Assembly: GCF_000014785.1 (NCBI RefSeq)
Contig: NC_008340.1
Coordinates: 3,150,001-3,182,000 of the forward strand
From: Alkalilimnicola ehrlichii MLHE-1
GTDB taxonomy: Bacteria; Pseudomonadota; Gammaproteobacteria; Nitrococcales; Halorhodospiraceae
Reading direction: 5' to 3'
DNA: 32,000 nt
A program made the translations under genes and the position numbers. The first letter of the stretch is position 1. Every line of letters begins with the position of its first letter. Positions 24,939 through 32,000 of this stretch are shown piece by piece. The notes beneath the pieces are model-generated. The model searched no databases, was not told the DNA's origin, and saw only the letters and a list, made by a program, of their open reading frames with translations.

Positions 24939-25949
24939 GTGCTGGTGGTCGGCCCCGCCTGGGTGGGCGACATGGTGATGGCTCAGAGCCTGTTCATCAC
25001 CCTGCGCCAGCGTCGGCCCGGCCCGGAGGTCGATGTCATCGCCCCGGCATGGAGCCTGCCGCTGCTGGAACGCATGCCGGAGGTGCGGCGCGCCATCCCG
25101 CTGCCGGTGGCCCATGGCGAGCTGGCCCTGGGCAAGCGCTGGCGGCTGGGGCGCTCATTGCGCCAGCGCGGCTACCAGCAGGCCATCGTGCTGCCGCGCT
25201 CGGCCAAGGCGGCGCTCCCGGTGCTGGCCGCCGGCGTCCCCCGACGTACCGGCTACAAGGGCGAGCACCGCTACGGGCTGTTGAACGACATCCGGCCGCT
25301 GGACCGCAAGGCGCTCTACCGGACCGTGGACCGGTTCGTCGCGCTGGGCCACGAGGCCGATGCGCCATTGCCACCACCGATCCCCGAACCGCGCCTGGCC
25401 GTCACCGCTGACGGGCGCCGGCAGGCGCGCTCGGAACTGGGCCTGGCCAGCGACGATGCCCCGGTGCTGGCCCTCTGCCCCGGCGCCGAGTACGGTCCGG
25501 CCAAACGCTGGCCGCCGGAGTACTTCGCCGAGGTGGCGCGGGAGCGGCTGGCAGCGGGCTGGCAGGTCTGGCTGTTCGGCTCGGACAAGGACCAACCCAT
25601 CACCGGCGGGATCGCCAAGGCCGCGCCGGGGTGCACGGACCTGGCCGGCCGCACGACGTTGGCACAGGCCATCGACCTGCTCGCATCGGCGGCTGTGGTG
25701 GTCAGCAACGATTCCGGCCTGATGCACGTGGCCGCGGCCACCGGCCGGCCGGTGGTGGCCCTGTACGGCTCCTCCGACCCGGGATATACCCCGCCGCTCA
25801 GCGCCCGCGCCCGCGTTCTTTACCTGGGCCTGGACTGTAGCCCCTGCTTCCAGCGCGAATGCCCGCTGGGGCATCTCAACTGCCTGCGGCAGATGCACCC
25901 GGCCCGGGTGCTGGAGGCGATCACCGCCCTGCACCGGGAGGCGAGCTGA
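24939..25949 (+). CDS. waaF: ADP-heptose--LPS heptosyltransferase II
   Basis: LVVGPAWVGDMVMAQSLFITLRQRRP...IAPAWSLPLLERMPEV...TGYKGEHRYGLLND...VSNDSGLMHVAAATGRPVVALYGSSDP is a classic WaaF/GT9 pattern. The start is uncertain: GTG 24939 gives the usual short N-terminus, while GTG 24861 is the longest ORF. Confidence 0.9.
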   Translation: MLVVGPAWVGDMVMAQSLFITLRQRRPGPEVDVIAPAWSLPLLERMPEVRRAIPLPVAHGELALGKRWRLGRSLRQRGYQQAIVLPRSAKAALPVLAAGVPRRTGYKGEHRYGLLNDIRPLDRKALYRTVDRFVALGHEADAPLPPPIPEPRLAVTADGRRQARSELGLASDDAPVLALCPGAEYGPAKRWPPEYFAEVARERLAAGWQVWLFGSDKDQPITGGIAKAAPGCTDLAGRTTLAQAIDLLASAAVVVSNDSGLMHVAAATGRPVVALYGSSDPGYTPPLSARARVLYLGLDCSPCFQRECPLGHLNCLRQMHPARVLEAITALHREAS

Positions 25950-27082
25950 TGCACCTGGCCTTCGCCCTGTTCAAGTACTTCCCCCACGGCGGCCTGCAGC
26001 GCAACTTCCGGCGCATCACCGAGCTGGCGCTGGAGCGCGGCCATCGGGTCGATGTCTACACCCTGGCCTGGAGTGGCTGGACGCCGGAACATCCGAACCT
26101 GACGGTGGAGGTGGTGAAGGTGCCCGGCTGGCGCAACCACACCCGCTACCGCCGCTTTGGTACCCACGTGCAGAAACGCCTGGCGGACAACCCGCCCGAC
26201 CGGGTGGTGGGCTTCAACAAGATGCCGGGGCTCGATGTCTACTACAACGCCGACCCCTGCTTCGTGGAGCGGGCGCAGGCGCGCCACCCGCTCTACCGCT
26301 GGTCGGGGCGCTACCGCCAGCACGCCGCCTTTGAGCAGGCCGTCTTCCGCGCCGACGCCCGCAACCACATCCTGCTGCTATCCGAAGCGGAGAAGCCGCT
26401 CTTCCAGCGCTGGTACGCCACCCCCGACGACCGTTTCCACCTGATGCCGCCCTACGTCTCCACCGACCGCTTCGCCGGCCCCGAGGCCCCGCACATCGGC
26501 GCCGGCCTGCGCCGGGAGCTGGGCCTGGGCGAGGCGGACCGCATGCTGCTGATGGTGGGCTCCGACTTCCGTCGCAAGGGGGTGGATCGCAGCATCCGTG
26601 CACTGGCCGCCCTGCCCGAATCGCCGCGGCGACGCACCCATCTCTATGTGCTGGGCAAGGGTCGTGCGGCAACCCAGGAAGCCCTGGCCCGGGGGCTCGG
26701 CGTGGCGGACCAGGTGCACTTCCTGCAGGGCCGGGACGACGTGGCACGCTTCCTCTTCGCCGCCGACCTGCTGCTCCACCCGGCCTACCAGGAGAACACC
26801 GGCACCGCCATTGTCGAGGCCATCGCCGCCGGGTTGCCCGCACTGGTGACCGGGAATTGCGGCTACGCCTTCCACATTGAGCGCGCCGGCAGCGGCCGGG
26901 TCCTGCCACCGCCCTTCACCCAGGCGGCCATGGACGAGGCCCTGGCTTCGATGATCGACAGCCCCGAGCAACCCCGCTGGCGCGAATACGCCCGGACCTA
27001 CGCCCGCCGGACCGAACTGGGCAGCCGCGCCGAGCACGCCCTGCGGGTCATCGAAGGCCCCCGCTACGGGGAGCATGGGTGA
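25949..27082 (+). CDS. waaG: LPS core glycosyltransferase I (WaaG-like, GT4)
   Basis: MHLAFALFKYFPHGGLQRNFRRIT parallels the E. coli WaaG N-terminus (MIVAFCLYKYFPFGGLQRDF). The C-terminal EX7E-type region is PAYQENTGTAIVEAIAAGLP. The start shares one nt with the waaF stop (TGATG). Confidence 0.88.
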   Translation: MHLAFALFKYFPHGGLQRNFRRITELALERGHRVDVYTLAWSGWTPEHPNLTVEVVKVPGWRNHTRYRRFGTHVQKRLADNPPDRVVGFNKMPGLDVYYNADPCFVERAQARHPLYRWSGRYRQHAAFEQAVFRADARNHILLLSEAEKPLFQRWYATPDDRFHLMPPYVSTDRFAGPEAPHIGAGLRRELGLGEADRMLLMVGSDFRRKGVDRSIRALAALPESPRRRTHLYVLGKGRAATQEALARGLGVADQVHFLQGRDDVARFLFAADLLLHPAYQENTGTAIVEAIAAGLPALVTGNCGYAFHIERAGSGRVLPPPFTQAAMDEALASMIDSPEQPRWREYARTYARRTELGSRAEHALRVIEGPRYGEHG

Positions 27083-27086
27083 GTCC

Positions 27087-27947
27087 ATGAGCCTGCGGCG
27101 AAACGAACTGGTGCTCGACCCGGGCTTCCAGGCCGACCTGCGGGCGACCTTCGGCCCCGGCGACCCCTTCGAGCAGGTGATGGCCCTGGACGGCGAGGTG
27201 GTGCGCGCCGTGGACGGGCGTCGCACCTTCCGCTTCGAGCTGGCCGGCCGGGCCTATTTCGCCAAGCTGCACACCGGCATGCCCTGGCCCCGCATCCTGC
27301 GCAAGCTCTCACAGTTTCGGGTCCCGGTGCTCGGGGCCGAGCCGGAGTGGCGGGCCATCCACCGGCTGCAGGCGCTGGGCGTGGCCACCACCCCGCCGGT
27401 GGCCTTTGGCGTGCGGCGGGGTCTGAACCCGGCGCGGGAGCGCTCCTTCGTCATCACCCGGGATCTGGGCCACACCCACACGCTGGAACAGGAATGCCTG
27501 CGCTGGCCGGAGGCGCCACCGGCCTATACATTCCGGGTGAAACTGATCCGGGAGGTGGCCCGCATCGCCCGCACGCTCCACGCTGACGGCATGAACCACC
27601 GGGACTTCTACCTCTGCCACTTCCGCCTGGACCTCAACGACGACCCGCCGGCAGTGCTGGCGGGCAGGCACTCGCCACGGCTCTATCTGATGGACCTGCA
27701 CCGGGTTCAGCGCCATCAGTCACTGCCCGAGCGGGCCCGGGTGAAGGATATCGGCGGGCTGTATTTCTCGGCCCTGGATATCGGCCTGACCCGACGCGAT
27801 CTCCTCCGCTTCATGCGCGCCTACCGGGGCACCACCCTGCGCCGGACACTGGCGGCGGATCGCACCTTCTGGCAGCAGGTGGCCGAGCGCGCGCGCTGGC
27901 AGTACCGTCGCGAGCACGGGCACGGGCCCGAGGGGCTCCCGCTATGA
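27087..27947 (+). CDS. waaP: LPS core heptose(I) kinase
   Basis: DPFEQVMALDGEVVRAVDGRRTFRFELAGRAYFAKLH, MPVLGAEPEWRAIHRLQALGV, the catalytic INHRDFYLCHF and YLMDLHRVQ all parallel E. coli RfaP motifs. ATG 27075 is an alternative start. Confidence 0.92.
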   Translation: MSLRRNELVLDPGFQADLRATFGPGDPFEQVMALDGEVVRAVDGRRTFRFELAGRAYFAKLHTGMPWPRILRKLSQFRVPVLGAEPEWRAIHRLQALGVATTPPVAFGVRRGLNPARERSFVITRDLGHTHTLEQECLRWPEAPPAYTFRVKLIREVARIARTLHADGMNHRDFYLCHFRLDLNDDPPAVLAGRHSPRLYLMDLHRVQRHQSLPERARVKDIGGLYFSALDIGLTRRDLLRFMRAYRGTTLRRTLAADRTFWQQVAERARWQYRREHGHGPEGLPL

Positions 27948-28789
27948 GGGGATATCGCCTCCTGCAATGGCTCGGCCTGGCCCCCCGACTGCTCCCCAGC
28001 GCTGGCGACCACCCGGCCCTGCGGGGTTGCTCGCTGGCCGTGGCGCGGGGTGAACCGCCCGCCGGCTGGACCCTCTTGGGCAGTTCCGCGCAGGCGCGGG
28101 TGGCCCGCGGCGAATGGCAAGGGGCCCCTGTCTTTCTCAAGGTACTGCTGCCCCGTCATCGCCTGGAGGAGCTGAAGGCCCTGGGCCGCGGGAGCCGTGG
28201 CGCCCGCGCCGTGGACCGCTCCATCCAGATGAGCCGGGACGGCTTCCCCACCCCGCCGGTACTGGCCTACGGCCGGGTCGAGGCCCGCCTGGAGTTTGTC
28301 CTCACCCAGGCTGTCCCCTATCCCGCCATGGTGGAGCTGGTCACCCGCACCTCAGGACCGGCACGCCTTAACCTGGCCGACCGGCGGTGCCTGCTCCGGC
28401 GATTCGGGGCGGAGATCGCCCGCCTGCACCGGGCCGGATGGGTACATGGCGACCTGCGCCTGGGCAACGTCCTGTGCGATCTGCAACAGGGGCCGGAGGC
28501 AGCGGAATTCTGGTACCTGGACAATGAGGGGAGCCACCGCAGCACAAAACCGCAGGACCGCCACCGCAACCTCATCCAACTGGCCATGACCCGGCGGGAC
28601 CATCAAAGCCGTACGGATCAGGTCCGCATGCTGAAGGGCTATGCTGAGGGCATGGGTATCGATAGTGGCGACTTCCGGCAATTGGCCAGGACTGTGGAGA
28701 GTGCCCGCGCACGCCGTTGGGCCCGCCGTATGGCCCGCGGCGGACCCAAGCCGCGCTTTCATCCGGAGCGGGAGGCGGAACGCCGGTGA
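27944..28789 (+). CDS. Lipopolysaccharide kinase (Kdo/WaaP family) paralogue 2
   Basis: The catalytic-loop-like GWVHGDLRLGNVL and downstream YLDNEG are present. ATGA overlaps the waaP stop. The position is analogous to the kinases that follow waaP in Pseudomonas core clusters. Confidence 0.75.
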   Translation: MRGYRLLQWLGLAPRLLPSAGDHPALRGCSLAVARGEPPAGWTLLGSSAQARVARGEWQGAPVFLKVLLPRHRLEELKALGRGSRGARAVDRSIQMSRDGFPTPPVLAYGRVEARLEFVLTQAVPYPAMVELVTRTSGPARLNLADRRCLLRRFGAEIARLHRAGWVHGDLRLGNVLCDLQQGPEAAEFWYLDNEGSHRSTKPQDRHRNLIQLAMTRRDHQSRTDQVRMLKGYAEGMGIDSGDFRQLARTVESARARRWARRMARGGPKPRFHPEREAERR

Positions 28790-29586
28790 GCATCGTGCAG
28801 GGCCACGACAGCGGACTCCGCTATGCCTGCCAGGCCACCTCTCCCCTTCGCCGGATGCTGGAGGCCGGGGCGTGGCCGCCGGACCCTGCTCAGCTGACCA
28901 TCATCAAGCAGAACACCAAGGTCTCCAGCGGTTTTCTGCGCATCGGGGAGACCGGGCAACTTTTCTTCAAACGCTTTCCCGTCCGGGCGTGGCGGGCGCG
29001 CCTGCAACGGTGGCGCGGGCAGGACAGGGCGGCCAGCAACTGGCGGATCAGCCTCTGGCTCAGGGCGCAGCGGGTGGCCATCCCCCACCCCCATGCGGTC
29101 ATCTGGTCAGACGATTCATCCTGGTTCATCACCGATGCGCTGGATAATGCCGCCACACTGCAGGACGCCGTTGCCACGGCGGGCCCAGCGGGTGCCTCGG
29201 CAGCCCTTTGCCACCAGGCCGTGGCGGAGGTCAGCCGGATGCACGATGCCGGCGTCGTGCACGGCGACCTGAAGTGGGGCAATCTGCTGGTGGTTGGCGA
29301 CCGGGTCATGATCTCGGATCTGGACAGTGCCCGGCGCGTCCGCTCCGTCGGCCCCAGAGCGGCCGCACCGGATCTGGCGCGATTCCTCGTCAGCGGCCTG
29401 GAGCAGGGCCTCGACCAATCCTGGGCCCACGACACCCTGGCCCGTTACACCACGGCGCGCCGCCTTAAACCGACTAAACTGATCGGTCCGGTAAGACGAC
29501 GGGTCCGTCATATCAGCCGCACCCACCAACGGCGCTACCAGCGGCCACCTGTCGCCCTGACCCGACCGCACAGGTCCGCACCATAA
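28786..29586 (+). CDS. Lipopolysaccharide kinase (Kdo/WaaP family) paralogue 3
   Basis: GVVHGDLKWGNLLV and ISDLDSAR are present. The GTG start at 28786 overlaps the upstream stop (GTGA). The ORF-track ATG at 28717 would overlap the preceding gene by 73 bp. Confidence 0.7.
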   Translation: MSIVQGHDSGLRYACQATSPLRRMLEAGAWPPDPAQLTIIKQNTKVSSGFLRIGETGQLFFKRFPVRAWRARLQRWRGQDRAASNWRISLWLRAQRVAIPHPHAVIWSDDSSWFITDALDNAATLQDAVATAGPAGASAALCHQAVAEVSRMHDAGVVHGDLKWGNLLVVGDRVMISDLDSARRVRSVGPRAAAPDLARFLVSGLEQGLDQSWAHDTLARYTTARRLKPTKLIGPVRRRVRHISRTHQRRYQRPPVALTRPHRSAP

Positions 29587-29609
29587 GACTAACCAACACC
29601 AAGAAAATC

Positions 29610-30632
29610 GTGACGCACCAAAAACCCGCTATTCTGGTCATGCTGGATCGCCACCTGGGTAACTTTCTGGTCGCCAGCCCTGTCCTCGCCCACATCGCCC
29701 GGCACAATCCCACTAGATCCGTAATCAACGACTCGTTCCAGGCACTGGCCCGACGCATTCCCGGGTTTCCTGAGCCCTGTGCCCGCTTTCCTTCAAGGGC
29801 GGCCCCCCGGTGGCAACGGGCCACGGCCTTTCTGTCGGCATTGCGCACCATCCGTGCCCACCAGCCGGAGTGGCTGGCCGACTTCGGCGGCAGTAACTCC
29901 GGCGCCCTGCTCAGCGGCCTGTCCGGCGCCCCGATGCGCATCTGCCGTAAGCGCGCACCGCGCGCATGGCTCTACAACCGGCTCGCCGATTTCCCACCCC
30001 CCGAGGCCCACCGCATCGCCTACTACGGTGCGTTGGCGGAGGCCGCCGGGTTCGAGGGGCCCTGGGGCAGACCGGAGGTCGTGGCCACGGCGGAGGATCT
30101 GCACCGGTTCGAACAACTGCGCCTGCCCGACCTCGCACAGATCGTCTGCCTCCACGTGGCCGGCGGCAAATCGTACAAACACTGGCCGGTGGAGCGCTAT
30201 GCCGCGCTCAGCGACTGGCTGAGCGACCAGGGGCTGAGCCCGGCGCTGGTGGGGGCCGCGCCGGATCGCGCGGCGGCCGACCGGATGCTGGCACACTGCA
30301 CCCGGCCACCGTTGGATCTGGTTGCGCGGCTGGAACTGGGCCCACTGATTGCGCTCTTCCAGCGTTGCGGGCTGTTCGTGGGCAACGACAGCGGCCCCAT
30401 GCATCTGGCCGCCGCAGCCGGGGCCCCGATCGTAGCCCTCTTCGGCCCCACGGACCCTCGCCGGTGGGGGCCCCTCTCGGAGCGGGCGGTGATTGTCCGC
30501 GGCACCGAGCCTGTGCCCCCGGGCGAGGGCAAGAAATCCTTTGCCGATGGCCGGCGCATGGACAGCATCACTGTCGAGCAAGTACGCTCCGCGGTCGTTG
30601 AACAGTTGACGCTCGCACCTGGAGGCCGGTGA
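29610..30632 (+). CDS. Glycosyltransferase family 9 (heptosyltransferase-like)
   Basis: C-terminal GT9 signature KHWPVERYAALSDWL ... GNDSGPMHLAAAAGAPIVALFGPTDPRRWGP. The N-terminal ILVMLDRHLGNFLVASP replaces the usual GD(V/M) motif. The start is GTG 29610. Confidence 0.8.
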   Translation: MTHQKPAILVMLDRHLGNFLVASPVLAHIARHNPTRSVINDSFQALARRIPGFPEPCARFPSRAAPRWQRATAFLSALRTIRAHQPEWLADFGGSNSGALLSGLSGAPMRICRKRAPRAWLYNRLADFPPPEAHRIAYYGALAEAAGFEGPWGRPEVVATAEDLHRFEQLRLPDLAQIVCLHVAGGKSYKHWPVERYAALSDWLSDQGLSPALVGAAPDRAAADRMLAHCTRPPLDLVARLELGPLIALFQRCGLFVGNDSGPMHLAAAAGAPIVALFGPTDPRRWGPLSERAVIVRGTEPVPPGEGKKSFADGRRMDSITVEQVRSAVVEQLTLAPGGR

Positions 30633-30640
30633 ACGTAACC

Positions 30641-31813
30641 ATGAATGACCTGCCACTAGCAGGCCGCCGTATCGGTTTTCTTCTCGAGCACCCCGTGACC
30701 GTGGGCGCGGACGTCCAGGAACAGATGGCGGCCTGCCGGCGGCTGGGTGCCCATGTCACCGCCTGCTTTTTGTCCGGGACACCCTCCGAGTTCCCCGGCC
30801 ACGGCTCAAGCGCTGATGACTTGACGGGCCTGAATCTGCCCGTGGAGGCGATCTCTGGCCATCGTATCGGCGCAGCGCGACGACTGCGCCATCTGCTCAG
30901 GAAACGGCCGCTCGACACCCTCGTTTGCGATCAGTACAAGGCCATCAGCACCGCAGCATTGGCCACGTTCTTCCCACACGCCGAGGCACCCGCCATTGTT
31001 GCTCTCCTTCGCGGCTATCACGCGGTGTCCTCACCCAGCCGGCGGCGGTTCTACCGGCTGTTCGGGCGGCACATCCGCGCTTTTATCACGCTCAGCGCAG
31101 CGCAACAGCAACAAATCCGGAACCTGCTGACCTGGTTCCCCCCGGATCGCATCCACGTCGTCCCGGTCCACCTCGACCTGGACCGGCTGGCCGGTGCCAT
31201 GTTGCCGGCGAACGAGGCCCGCCGACAACTGTGCCTGCCCGGGTCGGCCGTGCTATTCGGCTGCATTTCGCGCCTGCACCCCAGTAAGCGGGTCATGGAC
31301 CTCGTTGAGGCCACCAGGCTATTGCGGGAACGAGGCGTGGAATTCCACTTGGTCATTATCGGTGGCGGTAAGCAGGAGGATGCGCTGAGAAAACGCATCG
31401 CGGAAGCCGACCTTGACGGCACCGTCCGGCTGACCGGGCGCCTGGAGTCGGCGCACCGCTATATGCCCGCCTTTGATGCCTTCATCCTGCCCTCCCCCTG
31501 CGAATCCTTCGGACGGGTGTTCCTGGAGGCCCACGCCGCCAAGACCCCCATTATCGCGGCCGATGGTGCTGCCGCTCCCGAGGTGGCCGGTCCCGCCGCG
31601 CTCCTCTTTCAGCCCACGAATGCGGCAGACCTCGCCGACAGGATGCTCGAATTCATGGCGCAAGGGCCTGAGGAGCAACTGAACGCAGGACAGATTGGGG
31701 AGGAGTACGCCAGGCGGCATTTCAGCCAGGAAGCTCTGGACCGGCATTTGCAAAAGGCCCTGGAAAAAAAAGGATTACTGGCGGAATCCCGAGACCCTGG
31801 CGCTCATCGGTGA
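30641..31813 (+). CDS. Glycosyltransferase family 4 (GT-B, group 1)
   Basis: VLFGCISRLHPSKRVMDL ... IIGGGKQEDALRKRI ... AFILPSPCESFGRVFLEAHAAKTPIIAAD (EX7E-type motif). The start is ambiguous between GTG 30629 (GTGA overlap) and ATG 30641. Confidence 0.8.
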   Translation: MNDLPLAGRRIGFLLEHPVTVGADVQEQMAACRRLGAHVTACFLSGTPSEFPGHGSSADDLTGLNLPVEAISGHRIGAARRLRHLLRKRPLDTLVCDQYKAISTAALATFFPHAEAPAIVALLRGYHAVSSPSRRRFYRLFGRHIRAFITLSAAQQQQIRNLLTWFPPDRIHVVPVHLDLDRLAGAMLPANEARRQLCLPGSAVLFGCISRLHPSKRVMDLVEATRLLRERGVEFHLVIIGGGKQEDALRKRIAEADLDGTVRLTGRLESAHRYMPAFDAFILPSPCESFGRVFLEAHAAKTPIIAADGAAAPEVAGPAALLFQPTNAADLADRMLEFMAQGPEEQLNAGQIGEEYARRHFSQEALDRHLQKALEKKGLLAESRDPGAHR

Positions 31814-31815
31814 AT

Positions 31816-32000
31816 TCAGGGACGTTCCGGTATCAGGGCGATGAGCCGGTCCACCGCCTCGGGCGTGCCATTGGCGTAAGCCCGTTCCGCCCCATTGGCC
31901 AAGATCCGGGCTTGGCGGTCGGGGTCGGCATGCAGTGCCTCCACGGCACTCGCGATGCCCTCGTCGTCCGCGTCCGCCGGCACGATCCGGCCTTGCGCCG
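31816..32000 (-). CDS. Glycosyltransferase C-terminal end (partial; 5' part lies beyond the window)
   Basis: My own minus-strand translation from 31998 gives AQGRIVPADADDEGIASAVEALHADPDRQARILANGAERAYANGTPEAVDRLIALIPERP, with the stop at 31816-31818. This is the usual G-x-VP-x-D...L-x-D...AR tail of GT-B glycosyltransferases. It is not in the ORF track because it is open at the window edge. Confidence 0.55.
   Translation of the reverse strand, partial: AQGRIVPADADDEGIASAVEALHADPDRQARILANGAERAYANGTPEAVDRLIALIPERP

Noticed and set aside
1-32000. CRISPR arrays, IS elements/transposases, integrases, prophage genes, toxin-antitoxin pairs or known defence-system gene sets.
   Set aside because: No regularly spaced direct repeats were seen, and no ORF has transposase, integrase, phage or defence-type motifs. 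All sizeable ORFs with credible composition are accounted for by housekeeping, malonate or LPS functions.

Overview
This is a densely coding, high-GC chromosomal segment of gammaproteobacterial type (my inference from the gene content). I call about 29 CDS, and almost all are recognisable core or housekeeping functions.

Left to right:
- An HNH endonuclease tail, cut by the window edge.
- argS followed by a SPOR-domain gene (minus strand).
- dinB, then a small convergent membrane-protein gene.
- A 221-bp palindromic element, then ruvB overlapping a FucA-like class II aldolase gene.
- The giant NAD-specific glutamate dehydrogenase gene (about 1611 aa).
- An alkaline-phosphatase-superfamily gene (minus strand).
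- A YbfF-like alpha/beta hydrolase, xthA and a short Wzz-like membrane protein.
- A large MscS-family channel (minus strand).
- A malonate-utilisation locus: GntR regulator, TRAP dctPQM-type transporter and malonyl-CoA decarboxylase on the minus strand, with malonyl-CoA synthetase divergent.
- A small zf-CHCC protein.
- A tightly coupled LPS inner-core operon: waaF, waaG, waaP, two further WaaP/Kdo-family kinases, a GT9 and a GT4.
- The 3' end of a convergent glycosyltransferase at the right edge.

I found no rRNA, tRNA, CRISPR array, transposase, integrase or recognisable defence-system gene set. I do not see a convincing novel multi-gene system.

The features not explained by ordinary gene calls are:
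- The 221-bp hairpin element with 47-bp perfect terminal inverted repeats, lying between a promoter-like site and an orphan ruvB.
- Back-to-back promoters sharing a GTAATTAC palindrome in the malonate locus.
- An orphan mini-Wzz.
- An in-frame 24-bp tandem repeat in the channel tail.
- A more A/T-rich distal end of the LPS operon.

All product calls rest on motifs I can read in the supplied translations. No database search was run.
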